DNA of 64,000 nucleotides from Bacteroidia bacterium. GTDB lineage: Bacteria > Bacteroidota > Bacteroidia > NS11-12g > UBA9320. Positions 29,748-39,639 of the stretch are shown in pieces; positions within the stretch are counted from its first letter, which is position 1; each line of letters opens with the position of its first letter. The notes below the pieces were generated by a model, which saw only the letters and a program-made list of their open reading frames with translations, did no database searches and was not told where the DNA came from. The position numbers and the translations under genes are program-made. The stretch is from the NCBI GenBank assembly GCA_028247315.1, contig JAOKFZ010000002.1:18438-82437 (forward strand), given 5' to 3'.

Positions 29748-31088
29748 ATGGGAACATTAATAATGGCTGGTCAGCTTATTCTGGCCTTAGCAATACTAGT
29801 ATCACTTCACGAATGGGGACACTACATATCAGCACGAAGCTTTGGTATTCGCGTAGAAAAATTCTTCATTTTTTTTGATGCTTGGGGTACCAAGCTTTTT
29901 AGTAAGAAAATAGGTGATACCGAATGGGGTATAGGATGGTTGCCTCTAGGGGGTTATGTTAAAATAAGTGGTATGATAGATGAGAGTCTAGACCAAGATC
30001 AATTGGGTTCAGAACCAGAGAATTATGAGTTTAGAAGCAAACCAGCTTGGCAAAGACTCATCGTTATGGTGGGTGGTGTAACCGTAAATTTTATCCTAGG
30101 AATTATCATATTTTCATTAGCTCTATGGCATTACGGTGATACATGGTTGCCCGCTCAAGCGGTAAACGATGCTCACGGTATTGTGGTTACAGATTTTGGT
30201 ACAAAAGCGGGCTTTGAGTCTGGAGATAAATTACTGACTGTAAATGGAGAGGTGAGAGAAAAGTTTAGAGATTATGCAAACCCAGCAATAGTACTCAAAA
30301 GTGATTCTTTGGTTTTTGAAGTAGATAGAAACGGAGAGACAATATCTATTCAAATATCTTCAGAGCTAAGCAAAGCACTATTGGAGAGTAAAGGACAGCG
30401 TCTATTTAGCTATAGAACGGTTGCACAGATAGATACTGCGGTGACAGAAGCGGCTATAGAAGGAGGTTTTCAGAAAGGAGATATTCCAATATCCGTAGAG
30501 GGTGCACCAACATACTACTACGATCAACTGCAAACGGCACTGGCTAGTCACAAAGGCAAAAAAATAAACATATCGGTTCTGAGAGGCAACGATACAGTTG
30601 ATCTTGTTACTCAGTTAGATACGACAGGAAGTATAGGTGTTGGCCTTGTTGGTCCTGTGGCATTGCTAGCTCAAGCACAAATCACCGAATACGGTTTTAT
30701 TGAGTCTTTTCCTGCTGGTACCAAAAAAGGACTTTCTGCACTTGCAGATAACATCAATGCTTTTGGCCTCATGTTCAAAGGGAAATTAAATCCCGTAAAG
30801 TCTGTAAGTGGACCACTTGGTATTGCAAAAATATTTGGAGCTACATGGAACTGGCAACGTTTTTGGGAGATAACAGGTATGTTATCCTTCATTCTAGCCT
30901 TTATGAACTTATTGCCAATACCTGCATTAGACGGTGGACATGTTTTGTTTTTGCTTGTTGAAATGGTAAGACGTAAGCCGCTTCCAGAGAAGGTAATGTA
31001 CTACTTTCAGGTAAGTGGTATGGTAATTCTGTTTGCTCTTATGGGTTTCATTATATTTATTGATTTCTTCAACGCTATTTTTAATTAG
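29748..31088 (+). CDS. rseP: RIP metalloprotease RseP (site-2 protease, M50)
   Basis: HEWGH zinc motif, a PDZ insert and the C-terminal LPIPALDGG motif. Confidence 0.9.
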   Translation: MGTLIMAGQLILALAILVSLHEWGHYISARSFGIRVEKFFIFFDAWGTKLFSKKIGDTEWGIGWLPLGGYVKISGMIDESLDQDQLGSEPENYEFRSKPAWQRLIVMVGGVTVNFILGIIIFSLALWHYGDTWLPAQAVNDAHGIVVTDFGTKAGFESGDKLLTVNGEVREKFRDYANPAIVLKSDSLVFEVDRNGETISIQISSELSKALLESKGQRLFSYRTVAQIDTAVTEAAIEGGFQKGDIPISVEGAPTYYYDQLQTALASHKGKKINISVLRGNDTVDLVTQLDTTGSIGVGLVGPVALLAQAQITEYGFIESFPAGTKKGLSALADNINAFGLMFKGKLNPVKSVSGPLGIAKIFGATWNWQRFWEITGMLSFILAFMNLLPIPALDGGHVLFLLVEMVRRKPLPEKVMYYFQVSGMVILFALMGFIIFIDFFNAIFN

Positions 31089-31096
31089 AGTTCGCG

Positions 31097-31624
31097 ATGG
31101 GAAGTCACTTTGAATTTTACGAAATTAAAGAGCGATTTTTTATTGATGAGCAGAAACTAAAACAGCAGTACCTAAAGCTAAGCAAGGAGAATCACCCCGA
31201 TTTCTTTATCACGGATAAGGTGCGTTATGACGCAGCTATGGACATTACTAGTCAAAACAACACTGCTTACAGGGTTTTAAAAAGTTTTAGCTCTAGAGTG
31301 TACTACATTCTTAAGCTCAATAATCTGCTCGAGGAGCAGGGGAATAAACTGCCTCCAGATTTTTTGATGGAGATGATGGATCTTAATGAAGAGATAATGG
31401 ATCTCAAGATGGATTTTGATGTTACTAAACTAGTTGCTTTAGACAAGAAAGTAGGTGTACTGGCAGACCAGTGGGGTACAAAAATAAAGGAACTTGCTCT
31501 GCAAGCAGATGATTTGCAAAACACAGAACGAACAGGTATTCTGAAAAAAATAAAAGAATTTTATTTAAAACAGAAGTATGTGTTGCGATTAAAAGAAAGT
31601 CTAGATACTTTCGCACCTCAATAA
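31097..31624 (+). CDS. J-domain co-chaperone, HscB (Hsc20)-like
   Basis: 175 aa with the HPD motif (ENHPDFF) and the HscB-like helical C-domain pattern. Confidence 0.6.
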   Translation: MGSHFEFYEIKERFFIDEQKLKQQYLKLSKENHPDFFITDKVRYDAAMDITSQNNTAYRVLKSFSSRVYYILKLNNLLEEQGNKLPPDFLMEMMDLNEEIMDLKMDFDVTKLVALDKKVGVLADQWGTKIKELALQADDLQNTERTGILKKIKEFYLKQKYVLRLKESLDTFAPQ

Positions 31625-31656
31625 GATAGTCGAGGTAGATTATCCTATTACCAAAT

Positions 31657-31738
31657 GCCCGGATGGCGGAATTGGTAGACGCGTCGGTCTCAAACACCGA
31701 TGCCGCAAGGCGTGCCGGTTCGACCCCGGCTCCGGGTA
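31657..31738 (+). tRNA. tRNA-Leu (anticodon CAA)
   Basis: Cloverleaf by eye: acceptor stem gcccgga/tccgggt, anticodon loop cuCAAac, long variable arm, T-loop TTCGACC. No CCA is encoded. Confidence 0.85.
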
Positions 31739-31740
31739 CA

Positions 31741-31776
31741 AAGACTCTCTACTTATGTCGAGGGTCTTTTTTTTTG
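31741..31776 (+). terminator. Rho-independent terminator after tRNA-Leu
   Basis: Stem aagactctc/gagggtctt followed by T10. Confidence 0.6.
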
Positions 31777-31865
31777 ATCAATAATCAGCCATTTTACTGC
31801 GTTAATTACCAAAAAAAAATACTCAGAAGGATGATGAAAAAAAAGGTATGCTGCAGGGTCTGTAC

Positions 31866-32801
31866 TCAAAACTGAGCCCTATTAAGCCTATCAGCAATCG
31901 CACGTCCTATGCCTTCTGGCTTTATGGGTTCTGCCAATATGATTTCTGCATTGGATTGATCTGCCTCTCTCATACCACTGAAGAGAGAATTGGCTATTTC
32001 CCCAAGATTGTAACTCTTGGAGAGTAAAATATAGGGTAGTGGTGTTGTCTTTTCTTCGTAAAGCAAAGCTATAGCTTTCTTATACGGGTTTTGATGGACC
32101 CAATCCTGGATATTCTTCACTATTAACAAAGGTTTATCTGTGGAATAGTGCCTTTTTAATTGTCCTGGAGACTGTATCTGTTTACGGGTATTTCCTTTCA
32201 CTTTTATACCAAGAGCAACAATGTCTTCTTGTGAAATGCCGCCTTCTCGTAGTATTACGACACTGCTGTCTTCAAATGCTACGATGGTACTCTCCACACC
32301 GACGGAGCAAGGGCCGCCATCTAAAACGTAGCCTATTTGGCTTCCAACAGTACTCTCTACATGCTGAGCTGTAGTGGGGCTTACTGTATTTGATATATTG
32401 GCACTAGGGGCTGCAAGCGGAAAATCCAACTGCGATAGTAGGTCCAGTGTTAGTGGATGATTGGGCACTCTTACAACTACATGGCTAGAGCCTGATGTGA
32501 TTAAATCTGGTACAAGTCGACTTTTAGGCAATAAGAAACTGATACTTCCTGGCCAAAATGCGTTTGAAAGTAAACTTGCTTCTTCAGGCCATTCCAATAC
32601 ATACTTTTTTGCATCATCTATACTGGCACAGTGAAGTATTAGAGGATTAAACTGAGGTCTATTTTTTACCCTGTAAATTTCTGAAACGGCCTGAGGGTCG
32701 AGAGCATTGGCTGCCAAACCGTATACCGTCTCTGTAGGAATAGCTGCCAGTTGACCATCAGACAGAAGAGATGCTACTTGGGCAACATCTGTACCGATCA
32801 T
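31866..32801 (-). CDS. L-threonylcarbamoyladenylate synthase (Sua5/YrdC, long form)
   Basis: 311 aa with a YrdC domain (AIPTETVYGLAANA) plus a Sua5 C-terminal domain. Confidence 0.85.
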   Translation of the reverse strand: MIGTDVAQVASLLSDGQLAAIPTETVYGLAANALDPQAVSEIYRVKNRPQFNPLILHCASIDDAKKYVLEWPEEASLLSNAFWPGSISFLLPKSRLVPDLITSGSSHVVVRVPNHPLTLDLLSQLDFPLAAPSANISNTVSPTTAQHVESTVGSQIGYVLDGGPCSVGVESTIVAFEDSSVVILREGGISQEDIVALGIKVKGNTRKQIQSPGQLKRHYSTDKPLLIVKNIQDWVHQNPYKKAIALLYEEKTTPLPYILLSKSYNLGEIANSLFSGMREADQSNAEIILAEPIKPEGIGRAIADRLNRAQF

Positions 32802-34159
32802 TTTTTATCTCTTTTCAGATCAAATTTATCTATCTTGTTATACAAATGACTCCGTTGTATATCAATCTCAGCAGCAGTTTTGGCCACATTCCAATTGTTC
32901 TTTTTCAGCTTGGCGTCAATAAACATTCGTTCGGCGTAGTCTTTAAAGTCTTGAAAACGATTGAATTCAGTGATAGCATCTATTGTCCCAGGTCTTTTCT
33001 TGCCGTTGTTGGCATATAGCTGAACTTCATCTTCTGTTATCTTGTTGTCACAAAGTATGATGAGTCGTTCAATGATGTTTCTTAGCTCACGTATGTTACC
33101 ACTCCAATAGATGTTTTTAAGAGCATCCATAGCTCCTGCAGTGATTTGCTTCTTATTTATACCGTTATCCTCACATATTTCTTCCATAAACTTTTCTGCA
33201 AGCGTTGGTATATCACTTACACGTTCGTTTAGCGTCGGCACGTGTATTACAATTACAGAGATACGGTGGTACAAGTCTTCTCTGAAGTTACCGTCTGCAA
33301 TTTCTTGCATTAGGTCTTTATTCGTAGCTGCAACTATGCGTACATCTACATTTATGTCTTTTTCACCACCTACACGGGTTATTTTATTTTCTTGAAGAGC
33401 ACGCAATACCTTAGCTTGAGCAGAAAGGGACATGTCACCTATCTCATCTAGAAAAAGCGTTCCACCATTGGCTTTCTCAAATTTGCCCAGCTTCTGCTTG
33501 TGTGCAGAGGTAAAGGAGCCTTTTTCGTGACCAAATAATTCACTTTCTATCAATTCAGTTGGTATTGCAGCACAATTTACCTCTATAAGTGGCTTGTCTG
33601 CACGGTTGCTTCTTTCGTGTATCCATCGAGCCACTAGCTCTTTACCAGTACCGTTTTCTCCTGTTATCATGACACGAGCATCAGTAGGTGCTACCTTCTC
33701 AATGGTTTTTTTTATCTTCTTTATGCTTGGAGCATCGCCAACGATCTCACGTGTTTTTGTGATTTGGCGTTTTAGCACTTTCGTCTCTATGACTAAGCTA
33801 TTCTTATCTACTGCGTTCCGTACGGTAATCAGTAATTTATTTAAATCAGGTGGTTTATTTATAAAATCAAAGGCTCCTTTTTTGGTAGCTTCCACCGCTG
33901 TTTCAGTAGTGCCATGACCGCTTATCATAATAATGGGAAGCTCAGGAGCTATCTCTTTGGCCTTCTCGAGCAATTCAAGACCGTCTAACTTAGGCATTTT
34001 TATATCTGCCAATACTGCGTCATAGTTGAATTTCTTGATAAGAGAGAGTGCCTTTTCACCATCGGCTGCTTCTTCTACCTCATACCCTTCGTAATCTAAG
34101 ATTTCTTTGAGTGTTTCTCGTATACTTTGTTCGTCGTCTACAATTAAAATTCTTGCCAT
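32798..34159 (-). CDS. Sigma-54-dependent response regulator (NtrC/Fis family)
   Basis: Receiver domain (ILIVDDE..D), AAA+ domain with GENGTGKE and a GAFTGA-like GSFTSA motif, and a C-terminal HTH. Confidence 0.9.
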   Translation of the reverse strand: MARILIVDDEQSIRETLKEILDYEGYEVEEAADGEKALSLIKKFNYDAVLADIKMPKLDGLELLEKAKEIAPELPIIMISGHGTTETAVEATKKGAFDFINKPPDLNKLLITVRNAVDKNSLVIETKVLKRQITKTREIVGDAPSIKKIKKTIEKVAPTDARVMITGENGTGKELVARWIHERSNRADKPLIEVNCAAIPTELIESELFGHEKGSFTSAHKQKLGKFEKANGGTLFLDEIGDMSLSAQAKVLRALQENKITRVGGEKDINVDVRIVAATNKDLMQEIADGNFREDLYHRISVIVIHVPTLNERVSDIPTLAEKFMEEICEDNGINKKQITAGAMDALKNIYWSGNIRELRNIIERLIILCDNKITEDEVQLYANNGKKRPGTIDAITEFNRFQDFKDYAERMFIDAKLKKNNWNVAKTAAEIDIQRSHLYNKIDKFDLKRDKK

Positions 34160-34195
34160 AACTGGTCTATTTTATTTATTTGGTCCTTAAAAAAA

Positions 34196-34560
34196 TGCAA
34201 AACTATAAGCCGGGTTCTGTCTAATCTGCCGAAGCAAATAGAGCCTATCATTTATCTACGCTACCTACCCTCTATGGTTTCTAGCTAGCTAGAATCGAAC
34301 GAGCCGCCCTCAACCTATAGTTTACTTGGTATTACAACGTGCAAGGTTTGTACCAAACGAATGTTACCATCCGAGCGTGTGAGCTCTTACCTCACTTTTT
34401 CACCCTGGCCAAGACTAAAGTCCTGGTGGTTATTTTCTGCTACCCTTTCTGTTGCCGAGGTATTCCTACCCAGGCACCCTCTGTTTCTAGAGGTGCACTG
34501 CTCTTTGTTGCCCGGACTTTCCTCCCTCCGCCTGAGCGAACAGCGATAAGCCATTTTGCA
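34196..34560 (-). ncRNA. rnpB: RNase P RNA (bacterial type A), rnpB
   Basis: The minus strand reads ..GGCGGAGGGAGGAAAGTCCGGGC...CAGGGTGAAAAAGTGAGGTAAGAGCTCACAC...ACAGAACCCGGCTTAT.., i.e. the universally conserved CR-I, CR-IV and 3' P4 elements of RNase P RNA. The track ORFs 34339..34614 and 34361..34549 are therefore spurious. Confidence 0.85.
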
Positions 34561-34629
34561 TTGCAAATGTATAGTATTTTGAACGGTAATAATTATAAGC
34601 GTTTATTCACGTGATATAAACAAAGTGAA

Positions 34630-35649
34630 TCAATTTTTCAATTCAATAAAAACAGGGAAATGATCACTGAATCCATTGAGGTATTTACTGCCTCCAAAAG
34701 TACGCAGAGGGAACCCTTCATATTTTCCTGACTGTAACATCCAAGGCTCCTCTTTTATTCCTGCTGAACCTACTTTATAATGGATACCCGAAGTATCAGA
34801 TATCATTGTCTCAGATACCATTATTTGGTCGAGCATATCCCAATCATCTCGGTACCTATAGCTTCCCTTTTCTTGGTTTTCAAACGTGCAAAATGCATTG
34901 TAGAGTTGGTTTTTGTTTACTTGATTATAGTCACATGAGACGTGAAGTATTTCTGTGATGCTTTTATTGCTTGGTTCGTCATTAAAATCGCCCATTACAA
35001 TAACCTTGGCATCAAGGTCCTCCGCTTGTATCTTTTTTTGTATAGATAGAAGCGTATTGGCAGCGGCTATTCTTTTGGGTTCGGATTTTTGCTTTCCCCC
35101 GCCACGACTAGGCCAATGGTTTATAATAAAATGGAGCACCTCTCCACTGGTCAATTTGCCTTTTACGTAGAGTATGTCTCTTGTTTTATCATTATAAGCG
35201 GATAAGTCTGGTTGATAAGCTATTGTGGTACTGACACTGAATACATTTTTATTGTAAAGAAATCCCACATCTATACCACGTTCATCGGGTGATTCTCTAT
35301 GTGCTATGCCGTAGTTTGCTGCTAGTAGAGCAGGCTCATTTATCAAATCTTCTAATACATGCTTATTCTCTATCTCGCACACACCTAGAAACGTAGGGGT
35401 GGAGTTATTCGCAAGTTGGCTAATTACTGTAGCAAGGTTCTGGAGTTTAGATGCATATCTAACTTTATTCCATCCTTTGTCTCCATTTGGGGTAAATTGC
35501 TCGTCTTTGTAGGTGTTTGGGTCATCCTTTGTGTCAAAAAGATTCTCTACATTGTAAAATCCGACAGTAGCTATATGTGCATCTTTTTTAGTGCATGAGA
35601 GGCATAAAAAAGCTATGAGTACAGATAGATAATATTTCATTGAGGTCAA
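34630..35649 (-). CDS. Endonuclease/exonuclease/phosphatase (EEP) family lipoprotein
   Basis: Signal peptide with ..CLSC and an EEP-like N-terminus (GFYNVENLFD). Confidence 0.75.
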   Translation of the reverse strand: MTSMKYYLSVLIAFLCLSCTKKDAHIATVGFYNVENLFDTKDDPNTYKDEQFTPNGDKGWNKVRYASKLQNLATVISQLANNSTPTFLGVCEIENKHVLEDLINEPALLAANYGIAHRESPDERGIDVGFLYNKNVFSVSTTIAYQPDLSAYNDKTRDILYVKGKLTSGEVLHFIINHWPSRGGGKQKSEPKRIAAANTLLSIQKKIQAEDLDAKVIVMGDFNDEPSNKSITEILHVSCDYNQVNKNQLYNAFCTFENQEKGSYRYRDDWDMLDQIMVSETMISDTSGIHYKVGSAGIKEEPWMLQSGKYEGFPLRTFGGSKYLNGFSDHFPVFIELKN

Positions 35650-35844
35650 AGCAACACTTTTTTTAGCGATTATTTATAATTGGACTACAATCCATCGCTA
35701 TTCTTTTGAAAAATGTCAATGGCTCATTCTATTTTTGTTAGTTGGTGAGCAGTGATTGAAGAACGATAGCTGTATTGAACCCCAAAAAAAGGTGTCGTTA
35801 AAAAATGTTTTGTGTGTTTTCCTAATTATTTTTGCCATTCAAAA

Positions 35845-37257
35845 ATGAATTTTTCAAGTAAAATAAGTGTCATAATAACCTTGCTATTAACGAATACCTT
35901 TCCAAGTACAGGCCAAACGTATTTTGCCAATGGAACAGCAACAGCTTTGGGTGATGGTTGTTTTCAGTTTACCTCGGCTACTAACTGGCAATTGGCTTCT
36001 GTTTGGTATGCTGATAAATTAGATTTGACTACTAACTTTGATCTCGAATTTGAGCTGAACTTTGGAGCGAAGGACGTAGGAGCAGATGGCATTGTATTCG
36101 TATTGCAAACGAATGGGAATAAAGCGATTGGTCTGCCTGGCGGGGGGCTTGGTTTTGAGGGGTTTTCGCCAAGTTTAGGGGTTGAGTTCGATGATTGGAA
36201 TAATGTTGATTTTGGAGACCTTACAAGTGATCACATTGCTATCTTAAAAAATGGAAGCGTAGATCATTATGGGAGTAATTCTTTAGCATCTCCTGTGCCA
36301 GCACTTACCGATGGGGGAAATATAGAAGATGGTCAAAATCACCTTGTACGCATCACTTGGAATGCAGCTACGCAGCGGTTTGAAGTGTGGTTTGATTGTG
36401 TCAAAAGACAACGTTTAACGATTGATATTGTTAATACTATTTTTGGTGGTGAAAGCGAAGTATTTTGGGGTTTTACATCTTCTACCGGTGGTGAGAACAA
36501 TATTCAAGTTGCTTGTTTACGAGATGATATTCTTACCTCGGATACAGTATATATATGTCAAGGCGAAAGCCAAGAATTGAATGTAAGAGAAAGTGAGAAC
36601 AATGAATACTTTTGGTCTCCAAATGTTTATTTAGACGATAATACTATCAAAAATCCTGTATGTAAGCCCACTATTTCTACCATATATTATGTAGACTACA
36701 CAGACCAATGTGGTAATAAGCTAAGAGATACAATACATGTAAGAGTCGAAAATAAGCCAGATTTGACAGACTTAAATGATGTCTCTCTTTGTCTAGATGA
36801 AAAGTTAACTATTACATTACCAAATACTTATGGAACAGTTTTATGGAACGGTCTAGAAGTAGGAGAATCTTTTGATTTATTGAATTACGAAGGAGAACTT
36901 ACTGTCACATCCACAAATACGTGTGGAGTGGACAGTGCAAGGATAAATGTAAAGATTGATGACTGTACGTGTGACATGTGGTTCCCCAATATTGTTACCC
37001 TAAATAGTGATGGTCTAAATGAAGATTTTGGCCCAATAGATGCCTGTGTTCAAGCGAAAGAATATGTGCTTAAGGTATACAATAGATGGGGTGAAAAACT
37101 ATTTGAGACAAACGATATTAATGAGAATTGGGACGGTGATCATCGCATGAATAAAGTGGTAGATGGTGTTTATTTTTGGGTCGCTTCATGGAATTTAGTC
37201 AAAAACGGTAAAAATGTGCCAACAGTCATGAGTGGTACTGTAGATGTTGTTCACTAG
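35845..37257 (+). CDS. T9SS type-B C-terminal domain (gliding-motility-associated CTD) protein with an N-terminal L-type (legume-like) lectin domain
   Basis: Signal peptide, then a jelly-roll lectin-like segment (..GFEGFSPSLGVEFDDWNN..DHIAI..), then a C-terminal ..NRWGEKLFET..WDG..DGVYFW.. motif characteristic of TIGR04131-type CTDs. Confidence 0.7.
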   Translation: MNFSSKISVIITLLLTNTFPSTGQTYFANGTATALGDGCFQFTSATNWQLASVWYADKLDLTTNFDLEFELNFGAKDVGADGIVFVLQTNGNKAIGLPGGGLGFEGFSPSLGVEFDDWNNVDFGDLTSDHIAILKNGSVDHYGSNSLASPVPALTDGGNIEDGQNHLVRITWNAATQRFEVWFDCVKRQRLTIDIVNTIFGGESEVFWGFTSSTGGENNIQVACLRDDILTSDTVYICQGESQELNVRESENNEYFWSPNVYLDDNTIKNPVCKPTISTIYYVDYTDQCGNKLRDTIHVRVENKPDLTDLNDVSLCLDEKLTITLPNTYGTVLWNGLEVGESFDLLNYEGELTVTSTNTCGVDSARINVKIDDCTCDMWFPNIVTLNSDGLNEDFGPIDACVQAKEYVLKVYNRWGEKLFETNDINENWDGDHRMNKVVDGVYFWVASWNLVKNGKNVPTVMSGTVDVVH

Positions 37258-37360
37258 TGCATGCAACGGGTATTTGTACAACGGTCGAAATTGGGGCCGA
37301 TTAACTCAATCCTAAATCATATACCTAGATACTTTATGGGCTCAATGTTCTTGGATTTAC

Positions 37361-37384
37361 AGAAAGTGTCTATGAAAGTGTCTA
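37361..37384. repeat. Perfect 12-bp tandem direct repeat (gaaagtgtctat ×2) in the glmM upstream region
   Basis: Direct reading of positions 37361-37372 and 37373-37384. Confidence 0.6.
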
Positions 37385-37470
37385 TTCCTCAGGAAAAGTG
37401 GTCATATGTTTTTCAGATAATTTGACATAGTCAGAAGAAAACATACGTTGTTTGCAGGCATAAAATTTCA

Positions 37471-38850
37471 ATGACATTAATAAAATCGATTTCGGGTATC
37501 AGAGGTACTATTGGTGGTAAAGAAGATGAATCACTGACTCCCTTAGATATTGTTAAATATACAACGGCTTTTGCTGATGCAATAATTACAGGAGAGAATA
37601 AGAAGGTAGTAGTAGGTAGAGATGCTCGACTGTCAGGTCAGATGGTCAACCAATTGGTGTGTGGGGCTCTTATAAGTAAAGGAATAGATGTTTTAGACTT
37701 AGACTTATCTACAACACCTACTGTAGAGATGGTCGTAGTGAAAGAGGAAGCTGCCGGTGGTATTATACTAACCGCAAGTCACAATCCGAAACAATGGAAT
37801 GCACTAAAATTACTCAATTCGGCAGGAGAATTTATCTCAGCAGAACAAGGCTCCGACATTATTGAACGCGTAAAATCGAGCAATTTTGAATACAACGACA
37901 TAGGTTCTATAGGTTCGTATGAGTTAATGGAAGGGACTATAGATTGGCACATAGATCAAATCCTAATGCTTGATATGGTAGACGTAAATGCTGTAAAAGC
38001 AAAAAATTTAACGGTTGTTGTAGATGCTGTAAACTCGACTGGCGGTATAGCTGTGCCAGCATTGCTCAAGAAAATGGGCGTATCGAATGTGATTGAGCTA
38101 TACTGTGAACCTACGGGCCATTTTCCGCATAATCCAGAGCCTAGGCCAGAGAATTTAAATGACTTGTCAGCTTCAGTTATAAAACATCAAGCAGATATTG
38201 GCATTGCAGTAGATCCAGACGTAGATAGATTGGCATTTGTAAATGAAAACGGTGATATGTTTGGAGAGGAGTACACGTTAGTTGCTGTTGCAGATTATGT
38301 GCTAAGCCATAAGAAGGGGAATACAGTTTCTAATCTGAGTAGTACACGAGCTCTTAGAGATGTTACAGAGAAACATGGCGGATCGTACAGTGCTAGTGCT
38401 GTAGGAGAGGTGAATGTTGTAGAAATGATGAAAGAGACCAATGCCGTAATAGGTGGAGAAGGAAATGGTGGTGTTATCTTGCCAGAGCTGCACTATGGTA
38501 GAGATGCACTGGTAGGTATTGCCTTGTTTCTAAGTCATTTGGTAAAGAGTGGTAAGCCTTTGAGTCATCTCAAGGCAAGCTATCCTGGCTATATCATCAG
38601 CAAAAATAAAATGGAACTTACTCCAGATATAGATGTAGATTTTATTTTAGAAAAACTTAAAGATAAGTACAAGAACCAACCCGTAAATACGGTTGATGGA
38701 TTAAAAATTGAGTTTGACAAAGAGTGGGTACATTTAAGAAAATCGAATACGGAACCAATCATTCGCATCTATGCAGAAGGAAGTACCTTAAGTGTTGCAG
38801 ATAGTTTGGCCAATAAGATTAAATCAGATATTAGAGAATTGCTCTCGTAG
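37471..38850 (+). CDS. glmM: Phosphoglucosamine mutase
   Basis: Start MTLIKSISGIRGTIGG, active-site TASHNP and metal site DPDVDR. Confidence 0.9.
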   Translation: MTLIKSISGIRGTIGGKEDESLTPLDIVKYTTAFADAIITGENKKVVVGRDARLSGQMVNQLVCGALISKGIDVLDLDLSTTPTVEMVVVKEEAAGGIILTASHNPKQWNALKLLNSAGEFISAEQGSDIIERVKSSNFEYNDIGSIGSYELMEGTIDWHIDQILMLDMVDVNAVKAKNLTVVVDAVNSTGGIAVPALLKKMGVSNVIELYCEPTGHFPHNPEPRPENLNDLSASVIKHQADIGIAVDPDVDRLAFVNENGDMFGEEYTLVAVADYVLSHKKGNTVSNLSSTRALRDVTEKHGGSYSASAVGEVNVVEMMKETNAVIGGEGNGGVILPELHYGRDALVGIALFLSHLVKSGKPLSHLKASYPGYIISKNKMELTPDIDVDFILEKLKDKYKNQPVNTVDGLKIEFDKEWVHLRKSNTEPIIRIYAEGSTLSVADSLANKIKSDIRELLS

Positions 38851-39597
38851 GCTTTCAATAGTTTTGAGTAGGCGAGGGCCATACCAGGAGTAGAGCTCTC
38901 CGTCTACTAAACGTACTTTTGCCTTAGGGAAATGCCCTTCCAGATCACTTATATGTCTATTCTTAAAAGGGTATGGTTCAGAGGAAAGTAAGATATAGTC
39001 AGGATTGATTTTCTTCATCTCTGCTAGGCTTATGGTCGGGTATCTACTGTCCAATTCAGGTATTGCATTGCTATAGCCATGTGCTTCGAGAATGCTATTT
39101 ATAAATGTGTTGCGGCCTGCTGCCATATAGGGATTATTCCAAATGAGGTAAAGAGCAGTTCCTTTGGTGTTTTTCGTACCTGAATTAAATCCGTGATCTA
39201 TTGTGCAAGCTAAATCGTCAGCTATCTTAGATTTATCGACAAGTTGGCCAACTTGTCGTATCATAGCAGTTGCGTCTTCCTGTGTATAGATATCACTTAG
39301 CCATACCTGAAATTCTTGTCTCAGCTCTTCTATTTGTTCTTTCTGATTCTCTTCTTTATTCCCAATTATCAGATCTGGTTTTAGTGAACGTATCTTATCC
39401 AATTGTAGCTTTTTGGTTCCACCTACTTTGATGGATTTTGTAAAATTATTTCTTGGGTGATAGCAAAAAATAGTTTGCCCGACTGGAGGGGTACCTAGGT
39501 AGTAAAGTAGCTCTGTCTGAGAAGGTACAAGTGAAACTATACGCACAGGAACTTCGATTAACGTAATTTTATAGTTTGTTTGGTCGTTATAGTCCAT
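38824..39597 (-). CDS. ABC transporter substrate-binding protein, TroA/BtuF-like (cobalamin/iron-siderophore class)
   Basis: 257 aa periplasmic-binding-protein pattern (..RIVSLVPSQTELLYYLG..). No adjacent permease or ATPase. Confidence 0.65.
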   Translation of the reverse strand: MDYNDQTNYKITLIEVPVRIVSLVPSQTELLYYLGTPPVGQTIFCYHPRNNFTKSIKVGGTKKLQLDKIRSLKPDLIIGNKEENQKEQIEELRQEFQVWLSDIYTQEDATAMIRQVGQLVDKSKIADDLACTIDHGFNSGTKNTKGTALYLIWNNPYMAAGRNTFINSILEAHGYSNAIPELDSRYPTISLAEMKKINPDYILLSSEPYPFKNRHISDLEGHFPKAKVRLVDGELYSWYGPRLLKTIESLREQFSNI

Positions 39598-39639
39598 TGT
39601 ACTATAAGTAATAGTTTATATTTGTCAAATATATAAACC

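Noticed and set aside
31776-31866. Possible integrated element at the tRNA-Leu 3' side
   Set aside because: No direct repeat of the tRNA 3' end, no integrase and no compositional shift. The next gene is the housekeeping sua5.
34339-34614. Track ORFs of 91 aa and 62 aa on the plus strand
   Set aside because: They lie entirely within the RNase P RNA gene on the opposite strand and are low-complexity translations of a structured RNA.
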